Assembly (NCBI GenBank): GCA_958009085.1
Contig: OY253676.1
Span: 496,001 to 560,000 of the forward strand
Direction of reading: 5' to 3'
From: Protoeuglena noctilucae
Lineage: Eukaryota
DNA length: 64,000 bases
Shown here piece after piece: positions 13,097 through 24,812 of the stretch (position 1 is its first letter; the number at the start of each line of letters is the position of its first letter). The notes below the pieces were generated by a model. It was not told where the DNA came from and did not search any database. It worked only from the letters and a program-made list of their open reading frames with translations. The position numbers were made by a program, and so were the translations under genes.

Positions 13097-13118
13097 CCCC
13101 CCCCCCCCCCCCCCCCCC
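13097..13118. repeat. C22 homopolymer (G22 on minus strand) between convergent stop codons
   Basis: Directly visible run of 22 C. Confidence 0.95.
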
Positions 13119-13139
13119 GGACGCGGCGAGCAGGCCGCG

Positions 13140-13740
13140 TTAGTCCACACGATACTTGGCGAACAGGTTGTCAGGATGCGTCATGGCCTTGAACTCGAGG
13201 CTGTTCCCGCTGGGGTCCCGGAAGAACATGGTCCACTGCTCCCCCGGGGCTCCGACGAAGCGGATGTGGGGCTCAATGACGAAAGGCACGCCCGCGTCCT
13301 TGACCCGCTTGGCCAGCGCGTGGAATTGGTCGACCGACAGGGCCGCCCCGAAGTGCGGGACGGGGACCGCGTCGCCGTCCACCGCGTTCTCGTTGCTGGT
13401 GGCCTGGTAGCCCACCACGAGGTGCGCGACGATCTGATGGCCGTAGAAGTTAAAGTCCTGCCACGTCGAAGCCGAGCGGCCCTGGACAACAGCGAGGGAT
13501 TCGCCGTGTCTGAGGAGTTGGCGCTTGCAATGCAGCAGCTGCAGACGCTGGGTCACCTCCGTGCACCCCAGGACGTTCACGTAGAACAGCCGGGCTTCCT
13601 CCACGTCGCGAACGGGGAAAGCGAGGTGGAACGCGGCTGCAGGGGAGGCATCGTGAGGTCTTCATCGCGACCTGGCTCTAACTTCCCATGAAAAGCCTCC
13701 AAGACTCTGTGAAATGGATCTCACGCCATTGCAGCTTCAT
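13140..13740 (-). CDS. VOC / glyoxalase-bleomycin resistance family protein, 3 exons
   Basis: MKLQWP|AFHLAFPVRDVEEARLFYVNVLGCTE|GRSASTWQDFNFYGHQIVAHL..VPVPHFG..GEQWTMFFRDPSGNSLEFK. Confidence 0.88.
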
Positions 13741-14051
13741 CGTCCCCACATGCTGATCCTCACCCTGCGTGGCGTGCGGGCTGGGCGATGCGTCGGCCTG
13801 CATCTCCCGACCGAGGCTCTCCTGCTCCGCGGGAACCAGCGAGTGCTGAGTACCTCAGGGACGTCGGTTCTGTCCAGGCTTTCCTTTGCCAGTCAAGAGC
13901 GTTGCCGTCGAACCAAAGGGGAAATCGGCTGCTGTTTCTGCCGTTCTTGCGCGCTCGACACGTGCGTCAGGTCAAGGGCCCTACCCGAGCCCGAGAGAGA
14001 GTTCACATCCAAACTCTGAACGGATGCCCGTTTAAGAAAGAGAGGCGAGCT

Positions 14052-15816
14052 ATGGATCGCGCGCCCCCTTCCAGTCACGTGAAGGCCGCAGGGCCGGCCC
14101 AGAACCAGCGGTCACAGCGCAGTGGGGGGAGGCCACAGCTCTCGTGCGAACATTTCAGCACATGCTCAGGTTGTGCCCTCGAACGGCGGTTGTCATGGGG
14201 CTCAGTCGCGTCCCATGCTCGCGCAACCTTCGCACAAATGGTGCGTGGCGTAACGGTCCGCCAGCGTCGCGCGGCGGGACGCTATAAATGCGATGTATTG
14301 ATGGCTACTCGATCTTCTTCACATATCAAAGCTTTTTGGCCCGCAGGGCGTGCCTTTTCAGGTGGCAGAGGGGCGCGCACACGGCTGGCGTGTTCGGGCA
14401 CGTCTGGCGGTGCGCAGGAGCGCCGCAACGGGGAAGCCCGCGGTCGGCCTGTTCCGGAGAGGCTCGCACGAGGTCGTGGACATCGTGCCGGGCTGCGCAG
14501 TTCACCATCCCCGAATCAACCGCGTCGCTGAGGCGCTCCGCGGCGTGTTGGTGAGCGAGAGGGTTGAGCCCTACGATGAGGGGACGGGAGCGGGAGCTCT
14601 GCGATACGTCCAACTCACGGCAGTCCCGTGGGAAAACGTCAGGCGAAAGACGCGTGGCCCGGCGAGGACCTGGGAGACGGAGGCGGGAGGGGATGTGAGG
14701 GCGGCCAGCGATGTGGCGAGCGAGGACTGCTCAGGTGCGCATTCGCGTGTGCGGACGACGCCGAGATGTTGCCGGTGCTGTTGGTGCAAGCCGACCCATC
14801 TCGTAGCCGCAGTGGAGCTGGTGCTGGTCTGGAACGCGGACCCAAGTGACGCCGCATCTGCCGGCAAGCTGGCATCCCTTTGCGAGGCCATCTGGGCGAC
14901 GATGGGCCCTCAGGTGAGCGGTGGCTCGCGTGGGCTGACATCCAGGCAGATTTCCTGGGAGCTTGGGCTGCAATGAGCATGCGGCGTGATGCCCTTCACC
15001 ACCCCCCCGCAGGACGCAGGGCAGGACCCGGCTCCGCTAGTATGCTCGGTGTGGGCAAACTTCCAGACTGCAAGATCGAACACGATATTCGGGGAGCACT
15101 TTGAGCACATGGCGGGCTGCGACATGACGTGCTATGACGTGGGAGGGGGCGGGGCACGCGGCGTGTTCTTCCACCCGGGGGCGTTCATGCAAGCCAATCA
15201 TGAGATGGCGGCGAGGGCCGTGCGCGACATCCGACACGCTGTGGCCGGCGCAACCTCAGGTGACACCGCAGGACTGTCCCAGGCTGCTTTATCCAAGGAG
15301 TCCCGCTCTGAGCTTGGAGCCTTCACTCGAGCTCTGCCCCCGTTCGCAGTGCTGGATGTCTACGCGGGTGTCGGCTCCCTGGGGCTGTCGGTGGCCCCGC
15401 CCGGGAGCCGACTGGTCTGCGTAGAGGTCAGCCCCGCTGCCCTTCCCCCGTTCCAGCGATCCAGGCCGGGCGTGGCGGAGAAGGCGGGCGTGGACGCGTC
15501 CCTGGTCGTGTGCCCGGCCGCGGAGCAGCTGGGGCCGCTGGTGCAGGGCGGAGCGAGGGGCCCCGGGGAGCCTTGGGGAACAGTACTGGTGGACCCGCCC
15601 CGCAAGGGTCTAGACCGTACGAGCCTGGCAGCTCTGTGCGATGCGCGCGTGGCCAAGGGCGGCGTCCTGGCCTATCTGTCGTGCGGGTTCCCTGCCTTGG
15701 AGCGGGACATGGCGGCGCTCCTGTCGCACGGATGGCGCGTGCGCAGCGCTCAGGGCTATCTGTTCTTCCCCGGCGCGGACCATCTCGAGACGCTCGTGGT
15801 GTTCGACCACGTTTGA
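14052..15816 (+). CDS. TrmA/RlmD-family RNA (uracil-5)-methyltransferase
   Basis: CEHFSTCSGC Fe-S-type motif, CAVHHPRIN, FMQAN, VLDVYAGVGSLGL, VDPPRKGL, YLSCG, FFPGADHLETL; an alternative in-frame ATG exists at 13788. Confidence 0.87.
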
Positions 15817-15868
15817 AACCAGAACTGTCACAGAGTCTGCCGTTTTAATGCCCGCCCATCGCATCCCA

Positions 15869-16926
15869 TCACGTGATGGAAGCCTCTGCCATCCCTTCTT
15901 CCACCTCCCGCACCGCCCCACTGCCCGAGGGCTCCACCCCGGATGCGCTAGCAGAGTCGCCCTCCTCATTAGCTGGCTTCCCCTCGCTGCCCATCTCAAT
16001 CACCTCTTCCTCCATTTCCTCCTCTGGGGCCTCTGCCGCCGCCGCCTCCTCCTCGCGGCTCGCCTTGACCACCTCGCGGATAACTTCCATGCACTGCCGG
16101 TGACCCTTCCCCGCCCGCCCGATGCACTCATCCACAGGTGTCCTGCGTCGGCCACGTACCCGCCAATGCGATGCGGGACACAGTCATACATGCACCTCAC
16201 ACAGTCACGGCACATGCTGCATTGCCAGCGCCTCACCGCTCCGCGGCATTCAACGCCGTGGGCTCGGCACCAAAGTCGAGCAGCAGCCGCACGGCCTGAG
16301 GCTGCCCATTCAGGCACGCGTAATGCAGCGGCGTGTTGCCGCTTTCATTGCGAGCCATGGGATCCGCCCCCGCGTCGAGGAGTTGCCGTGCAATCCTGCG
16401 GCGGCTCACAGGGACGCTCTTGCACGCCGCGGCGAGGCCAGGGCGCACTCAGCGGCGGCGCACGCGCAGGTACCGACCCAACAGCTCCATTTGCCGCCGC
16501 CATGTGAAGCGCCGTTCGTCCAGATGCGTCCTGTCGCCAGGGAGGGCGCGGAAAGCCGTGAGCGCGCCGCTGCGTGCCGCCTCTCCAATTTTCTTAAAAC
16601 GCGCGGGCTTGGGCCAAGGCAGAGAGCGGATTCGTCCATCCTACTCACCGCGGCGTTGACAGGCGCGCCGTGCTTCAGCGCCATCGTCACGTCCTCCTCG
16701 TCATCGTACCTGCGGCCGTGCCCACTCGGCCGTGGATAGCCGCGGCCTCCGCTGTATGTGACGCAGTCCGAACGAACTGTCCTTGCATCCGCGAGCAGCT
16801 CAAAGCGCCGAAATCTCTGAGCAGCGCGTGCGCCCCTCCTGACCTAGCCCCATCGATGAGGAAGGCTCCGAGCTCGTCGGGACTCGCCGTCGCCAGGTCT
16901 ATCTCCACCTCATACTCTCCCTCCAT
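15869..16926 (-). CDS. Ankyrin-repeat protein with acidic tail (YAR1-like)
   Basis: FLIDGAR|YDDEEDV, GRTALHMAAANG, NESGNTPLHYACLNGQPQAVRLLL, TPVDE. Confidence 0.82.
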
Positions 16927-17417
16927 CGCGTGCGCTGCAAGGGTGGCCAATCACGCCACCCTTGGCACGCAGGGGTCTGCGCACCGCCTTCGCTCGGAAA
17001 ATCTCGCTCAGGTGTCGAAAGAGTTCAACTTTGCGTTGTGCGGTGCGTGTTCACGAGACGCTTGTCGAATATGGCATGTCTGCGCTTCCAAATCATGATG
17101 ACCGGCCTTCTGGCGGCATAAACACCAGTGTCGTGCGTGTCAACTCCCCCACCGACGCCAGCTTCCCGCTTCGCCCGGCCCGTTGGTGACGCAGAGTGGA
17201 GCGTTCCTCACAGATGGCTCTGTTGGTCATTGAAAAGCGCCATTATCGCCGCTGGCGCGAGAACAGTTCGTGTCGGCCGACGCGATGGTAACGTCCGCGC
17301 CCGCTTGCCTCGCTGCCCCTCCCGCCTGTAGCGTGCGCTGCGGCGTGACGCAGAGATGGCTTGTGGCCAGCACGAGGTACGGGCATGCTTCATCTCGGCG
17401 CGGAAACGCGGCTGAGC

Positions 17418-18598
17418 ATGCCGCGCTGTGCCATCCGGTGCACATGGCCGCCGCCGGTTGAGCGCGACGCCTTTGCCGCAACTCTCAGGTCGACGCACGT
17501 CATACACGTGAGTCGTCGCAATCGCGGCGCTGTTCGAGCCGAGCCGCAGCAGGAACGGGCACAGCGGCCCGTCGTTCCCGATAGCCCACCGACTCCTACG
17601 TGGTGAGCGCGCGGCGGGCCTTCCGCGCCCTGGCCACGTCCTGTCGCTTTGTATGTTTCATAATGCGCCTAAATCTTGCGTTTCTGCAGGACACCGCCGC
17701 CCCCGCCGCCTCCGCCCACACCTCCCCGCGACCTGGGCCAGATGAGCCCGTTCACCAAGGCGGGGGTGGCTGTGGTGGCCGCGCTGCTGGGCATCTTCAT
17801 GTGGAACGTGGAGCAGTCGACTTTGCCGTACGAGGTCGCGCGGCAGGAGGGCGTCGACACGTATGCCTGGGTCTTTGGCAAGGGCAAGGATGGAAAGCGT
17901 GAGTCGCTGCGGGGGGCTCTGAGACCGCAGGCCGCCGCACGCGCCCAGCGATGCATAGCCACCGCTCCTCTCCGCTCCGCCCACTGCAGTGGCGCTTCAG
18001 GTGGCTCGGGATGCGGACGGCCTGCTTTGGATGGCGGACCCCGAAACGGGCACCTTGATGGTGGACACGGGCAATCCTCTCACGGGCATCCTGGCCGTGA
18101 CGCCCGACGGGGACATGTACAACTTCTTCACAGACTCCGTCACGGGCAAGGTGAGGCCCTGGCAAGGCTATTGCTATGGCTTAGTGCAGGTCCGCCACCC
18201 CGATCCCTGCCAACATGCACCGACTCTCGGCCTCCACCTGTTTGCAGGTGGCCCCGACCAAGCTGGGCAACGTGGACGATCTCGTGACAATTGACACGAA
18301 GAATCTCGGGCAGGTGACGGGGTTCCCACAAGAGACCGGGCCGCTCCCGCCCAACATCCCGCTGAGCGTGGACCCCGAGACGGGAGAGCAAGAGTACCCG
18401 GCGTTTTTGGAGGACTGGATCCTGTCGCTGGTGCCCAAGGAGCCCTGGGAAGTCAACCCCCTGGAGCGCTCGCGAGCGAACAGGCTGGCGGACCTTCGGA
18501 GGGGTGACAGGGTCGACGACGCCGAGGCGATCAAGGTGGAGCAGGAGGCAGCCAGGCTCGCCGCGCAGGGCAAGGGCGTCGAGCTCTTCTCTCGCTGA
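17418..18598 (+). CDS. Unknown protein, probable plastid transit peptide plus one TM segment
   Basis: Four exons join in frame with GT-AG sites; GC3-rich codons; hydrophobic AGVAVVAALLGIFMW; no recognised domain. Confidence 0.6.
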
Positions 18599-18800
18599 GG
18601 GCTGCGCGGCTCCGTGGCTGGCCTCGCTCATAGCACGTTGCGGGGAGGTGCAGTTGCCAGCACCGTGTGCCGTCCCTCCATCGCGTGTCTGCTCCTTTCT
18701 GACCCATCCTTTTAACCGAAACGCCATCACTGGAAACTCCGAGCTAGAAGGCGCATCATGTGAACACCGCCCATGGACAGTGCAGAGCAAAGCTCCTGCG

Positions 18801-19922
18801 TCATCGCCGCACAGAAGCGATGACCACGTACACGAGCACCGCCGCCACCAACACCATGATGAGAAGGAGGCGCCAGTTGTTGCCGCGCTTGAGCACCGCC
18901 ACCACCTGCTTGCGTATGAACCTGCGGGACCACGCAGGCGTTGCGCTGAGCGGCCCTCGACAGCCATTGCAGCGGCGCAGGTCCTCAGCGCCCAGCCGCG
19001 CTCCGCTCCGTCATCTCTGGCCGACTCGCCTCATCCGCGACTGCACGGCCTCCGTCTCCGAGTCCACGTCCGCCAGAATGCGGTTCTGCTCGTCCAGCTC
19101 CGTGTTGATCGTGATGGCGATGTTCTTCACGGCACCCACGTGCTCGCTCAACAGTCCGAGCTCCTCGTCTTGCTCCTTCATCAGCCTGAGCATAAGCGCG
19201 TCTTGGGTGAGGCGCCTCAGAGCCCAGCGTGTGATGAGCAGGTCAAGGGCATTTCCCAAAACAAATCATAACCCACCTGTCCTGTAATTGCAGCGCGCCC
19301 TCCGCGTCCAGCCCCACCGTCTCCTCGGTCTCTTGGGCCGGACGCCCCGCCTGCCCGGACGGCCCCCCCCGGCTTCCGGCAGGACCCGATGTGGACCCTC
19401 CCAGCAGCTCGCTCTTGTCGCTCTGCAAGCTGTTCGCCAGCTGCTTCGCCATCTGCGGCACTTGCGCGGCTGGGCTGGGGTCTTGCGGCACGGGGAGGAA
19501 CGTTGGTGGATGACAGTACAAGTGACTGATGCGCGCACCTGCGTCCGGCGCATCCTCAGGATGGATATCATGTCTCTCCTCCGCGACTTCTCCTGCTTCG
19601 ACACCTCCCGACTCTCGTCCCGGTCGAGCTTCACCTCCAGCTCATCCGTCAACGTCGCAAGTTGCCCCAAGCGCTGCCGCAGGCCCGCGCTGAGCTTCGC
19701 GGGCTGCTTCCCCTGACGTATCAACTGAGCACGCTCCTGTGAGGAGCAGAGAGGCCCGCATTGGCCTCGCAACGCGGCGCGAGCGGGGAATGCAGGGCCC
19801 CTCGCAGCGCCGGGGCTCTCCTGGATCCCATCCTGGATGGACTTGGCCGACTCGTTGGCAGCATCGTATAGCCGGAGCCAATCGTCGGCCTTGGCGCTCG
19901 ACGCGCCTAGGACGCCGGCCAT
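18801..19922 (-). CDS. Qc-SNARE of the SYP5/syntaxin-8 type
   Basis: ADDWLRLYDAA.., ETEETVGLD..LQLQDR|LMKEQDEELGLLSEHV..INTELDEQNRILADVD, C-terminal TM LLLIMVLVAAVLVYVVIA. Confidence 0.85.
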
Positions 19923-20501
19923 GGACGCGGCGCGGCCAGCGCGTGCCCTACCAACCAAGGAAATGCGCGCGCCGGAGCGTTGGAGCGCAAAGACGCCAAG
20001 CTACCAACGGCCGTCGGGCCTGCTTCGCAAGAGCAAACAACTGGTCCAGCCTTATGCCCGGCCTGAGGCCCTCACGGTCGCTCCGCGCGCGCAAAACGCG
20101 CAGAGCTGGTGCCGGCGACTGCGGGCGTCCCTGCGCGCGATACGCGTTGGCACGGGTCGTCTGCGACGCGACTCTCGCCAGTCTGTCGGAAGCGTCTGGG
20201 CCTGGCAACGGATTTCCCCAGGAGGGCACTTTCCCCAGACGAGGGTTCTGACAGGAGAAACCGCGACGATTTAGCCGGCCTGCAACGGCAAGGGTACTCT
20301 AAGCGACTATCTCGACCGAGGAGGAGCTTCTCTCGCATTGGACGTGTCTCCTCGGTGCACAACTCCGGGTCGATCGTGGTTGGGCCGAGGGGCCGGGACA
20401 TCGAGGGAGCCGCGCAGCCGAGGGGCGGGGGAACGCATCAATCATGCGCGCGGAGGCCGCACAGGCGGGAGTTTCCTCCCCAGCATGTGAGATGCTCCCC
20501 G

Positions 20502-22695
20502 ATGCCTTCAAAAGTGCCGGGTATCTGGTCTCCGCGGCGCGAGGGCCGGCGACCATCGCGCGGGCAACTCAGAACGTCCGCGGCAGGGCAGCCCGCGGCG
20601 CTAGCGACGCGATTGCCCCATCGAGCGCGCGCGCCCACCCTCCTGTGGGTGTCGTCACCAGCCCCTGGGACACATGCGGCGCAGGCCGATCGGCGACGCG
20701 GAACAAGCCCTTGGCGCGCTGATCCGCTCTTCTGTCGTCGTCGTTTCTGCAGATGCGGGGGCGAGGACGCCATCGCGGGCGGTGCCGCGGACGCGCTTGG
20801 CACAAGCAGTGCCATGGGTGGCCACCCGGGGGTCCATCCGGGGGGCTTGCGGCGGGCGCGAGGTGGTCCTGCGCACGGTCGGGAACCCGGCAAGCTCCTT
20901 CGTTGAGCCGAGGCCGGAGGTCGCCGCGGTGCGGCCGGGGCAGGGCCTGGTGCCCAAGCGTGTGTGCATCTTCGTGGAGCCGTCGCCCTTCACGTACGTC
21001 TGCGGTTACAAAAACCGGTTTTGTAACCTCATTCGGTACCTCCGGGAGGCGGGCTGCGAAGTGCTGGTCATCACCACCGGTGAGCAGGGCGCAGCCGAGT
21101 GTGCTGCGGTGCTCAGTAGGGCCCGCGCGAGAAGACCCACGCCCTGCGCCCGCAGGACCCGGCATCGTGCTCGAGGGCGACGCGGGTCGCGAGCAACCCA
21201 CGGATTACTTCGGAGCCCGCGTGGTGTCTGCCTACAGCTTCAGTTGTCCCCTGTACTGGCCACTGCCCCTGTCCTTTGCCTTGAGGTGAGGAGCGCGCGA
21301 GACGCCGTATGCAGGTCGACGGGATGAGCTCGCGACGCAGGGTCCCTGCCTGGCCCCTCGCTGCCTGCCTCCGACGCCCTGCACCCCCTTGCCCCTGCAG
21401 CCCCCGCTTGTGGCGGGAGGTCCGTGATTTCAAGCCCGACATCGTCCACTGCTCGTCCCCCGGGGTGATGGTCATCGCGGCCTGGCTCTACGCCACCATC
21501 CTCCGCAGCCCCCTTGTCTTCTCCTACCACACGCACCTCCCCGCCTACCTCCCCCGCTACGGCCTCTCCGTCCTCGTCTCGGCCATGTGGGCCGTCCTGC
21601 GCATGTTCCACACCCAGGCCTTTCTCACGCTCTGCACCTCCGAGGCCATGAAGAAGGAGCTGCAGGCCAACAACGGTGAGCGGCAGGGCTGGGGGTGGCG
21701 ACTGTGTACGAGCTGGTCCAGTCGAGTCCCGCGCGACCTGCCCATGCGCCCGTCGGCGTCTCCGTCTCCCCAGCAGTGTGCCGCCGCCACTGCTGCTGCT
21801 GCTGCTCACGCTCACCACGCTCACCCTGCGCACCCCGGCGGCTCTCGCAGTGTCCGGGGAGCGCCAGATCGAAGTCTGGAAGCGGGGCGTCGACACGGAC
21901 GTCTTTAACCCTTCCTTCCGCCGCGCGGACATGAAGCGGCAGCTGACTCAGGGCCACGAGGAGGACCCCGTGATGGTCTACGTGGGGCGCCTGGGGGCCG
22001 AGAAGAACATCCACTTCTTGGAGGGCGTGCTGGACCGCGTGCCCCGCCTGCGACTCGCGCTCGTCGGCGACGGGCCCTCCCGGGGGGAGCTCGAGGCGGT
22101 CTTCCGGAGGTTCGGGGACCGCGTGACCTTCATGGGCATGATGCACGGGGACGAGCTGTCCGCGGCCTACGCCTCCGCCGACCTCTTCGTCATGCCGAGC
22201 GAGTCGGAGACGCTGGGCTTTGTGGTCCTCGAGGCCATGGCGAGCGCCGTGCCTGTGGTGGCCGTGGGGGCGGGGGGCATCCCGGACATCGTGACGCGGT
22301 CGGGCGACGACGGGGTTGGGTACCTCTACGAGAGTGGGGACCTGGACGGCTGCTGCGCCGCCATCTCGCGCCTGATCGAGGACCCCGCGCTGCGGGAGCG
22401 CGTCGGGCAGGCGGGGCGCGCGGAGGTCTCCAAGGTGAGCTGCGCCGCTGAGTGGGCACACGGTGCACCCTCTGGCCCGCAAACAGGCTCCCTCACCGCC
22501 GGAGCCTTTCCTCCCTCGCAGTGGGACTGGCGGGCCGCCACGACGCACCTCCTCACGGAGCAGTACCCGCTGGCTGTGGCGACCTGCCAGGCCTATTACG
22601 GGGACAAGTTCCGTGTGCCGCGCTTAGGTGCCCCCACTCCCGATGCCGGGAACGGCTGGGCAGACTCGGCGTCGCCCGCCGGCGCCCTTGCATGA
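20502..22695 (+). CDS. SQD2: Sulfoquinovosyldiacylglycerol synthase (GT4 glycosyltransferase)
   Basis: FVEPSPFTYVCGYKNRF, FKPDIVHCSSPG, SYHTHLPAYLPRY, WKRGVDT, FVMPSESETLGFVVLEAMAS, WDWRAAT; start uncertain (20502 or 20674). Confidence 0.92.
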
Positions 22696-23039
22696 CGCCA
22701 GCAACCTAGGGTTTGCGACTGGCACCTGCGACGGCATTTCCGCGACCCGGAATTGCAATTGCATGACCCGTGCCCATCAACGCAACCATTGAAAGTCGTG
22801 GGGGTCGCCTCGCGGGACGTGGAAGGCTCGCGTCCCCGAAACTGGCCCGTCTGGGCGAACGCGAGCAGCACCGGCGTGTGGACCCCGCCAGCGTTGATTA
22901 TATCGCAAGTGCGGATTCTATTGCACCTCGGCTCCCCGAGCCGAACGCCTCGTCGGCGCGTGCGCCCTTCCTCTCGCCCCCGGGGCCAGTCGCGTGAACC
23001 CGAGGCCCCTCCGACGCCAGCGTCGTGGCCGTTGCCATC

Positions 23040-24534
23040 ATGGCGCAGCAGAGCGCTGTCCGGAACTGGGAGGCGCAGCAGCGCACGAACACAGTGCTGG
23101 CGCAGTCCATCAAGCAGCTGAAGGATGAGCTGGTGAGCACCGCCCGCAGACGGGATGTACCGCATCGAGCTCTACAACAGATATGCCACTGCCCGGCCGC
23201 CTTGCCGGGTCCCGGAGCGCGCGTGCGACGAGCGGCGCCCCTGCATGTGGTGACATCCCGTGACCCCCGCGTCGCCGCGCAGAGCGCTTTGAAAGAGCTG
23301 ACGGTGTGGAAGGGAGAAATGGAGGAGCAGGTCAACAGCATGATGGACGAGATGGACACGCTGAGGCGAGGCGCCCGGCTCCCCCGCGTGCAGCGGGCTT
23401 CCCAGCCTGGCGGCGCCTTCCTGAGCTTAACCTCTGAGCCCGCCGCCCGCAGGAACGGCGTGAAGCAGGCGCAGCTCAAGCGGCAGGCTTCGATGGCCGG
23501 GGCCTCGCAGATGTGGGGCAAGGTGTCGCAGCGCGTCATGAACATCGTCCGGGGGGGTGGCGATGGCGAGGGCAAGTCGGCCAAGGTTGCGGACGTGGAT
23601 GGGCCGTTCCCGGCGACGACGCCGGCTCGGAGCCACCTCAACACGGCCGGGACCATCGCGCTCCTGGTGTCGCTCGTGATCCAGGGCGCCCTGTGCGTCC
23701 CCATCGGCGTGTGGGCCTACCAGAGCGGCGGGGACACCAACACGCGCGATGTTGCCATGGTTCTGTGCGTCTGCGGCTTCGTCATGGCCTGCCTCGGCGC
23801 CCTGGCCCTCATCCGCCTCAACCGCTGGCACACGGCCACCTTCGTCGCCTTCCAGCCGTGGGTGGTGGCCCTCGGCGCCATCTACCTCACGCTCAACGTC
23901 AAGGACGTCATCAAGGTCAAGGACCTCTGCGACGGCGACTCGAGCTCCACCTGCAAGGACCTCCTGAAGAACTCCTCCGTCAAACTCTCCCTGGGCGTCG
24001 CCATCGTCCTTGTCACGACCCTCAACTCCATCTTCCTCCAAATCAAGCGCGACAACCTGGTGACGGCGTGGCGCGAGGGGACCGGGGGCTCGCTCGGCCC
24101 ACCTGCGGCTGCCTACGCGCCGGGCGACCTCCAAAGGGCCCCACCGTGCGCAGGCATGGTGGTCTCGTCAAGAGGCGACCCACCCATTGCCACCTCGTCC
24201 GCAGGTCATCCAAGACATGATCTTCAAGCTCCCCATGCGCGTCCGCATGATGATGGGGTCGGCCGATGCTACAGCCGTTGCGCCCCTGGCCCGTGCGCCA
24301 TCCCAGCTGCAGAAGACCAACTCGGCCGTCGCGATGCTCACTGGCGCGACATCGATGTCCCTCTCGGGCAACAAGACCAAGATGCTGTACGCCCGTGTGT
24401 CGTCCAAGCAAATCATGAAGACCGGGCGCAGGCCCAGCGGGTTCAACGGCAGCGGGGCCCTGGGCAGCAGCAACCTGGGGCCCAAGCTCGGCTCCGTGCC
24501 CATGGAGGGCGCCATCACGGCCGTGCAGGAGTAG
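23040..24534 (+). CDS. Unknown protein: N-terminal coiled coil plus four TM helices
   Basis: Long GC3-rich ORF with heptad-like N-terminus, four hydrophobic segments and a Cys pair (LCDGDSSSTC) in the loop between TM3 and TM4. Confidence 0.65.
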
Positions 24535-24812
24535 AGGGGCGACGAGCGTGACACTGTGTTTCTTAGATTGCATCGACCCGCGGTGCTGTCTGCTGCGGGC
24601 CCGAGCGTGACCTAGTATCTTCGTGATGGCGGCTAGTGGCGAGAAGGACGTAGTGGTCGCGGACAGAGGTTAGCTATGACGCGTGGTGGGCGTCCGTCGG
24701 CATTTAGCACGGCGTAGGGTTCAACGTCGTCGTGCGGTGGAGGGTACATAGCAACAGAAAACATGGGCCTTTCGCGGCAAGATCCGTGACCAATCGCGGA
24801 CAGCGCGGGGCG

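Noticed and set aside
13140..13740. Bacterial contamination or recent HGT of the VOC gene
   Set aside because: Has two canonical introns and host-like codon usage
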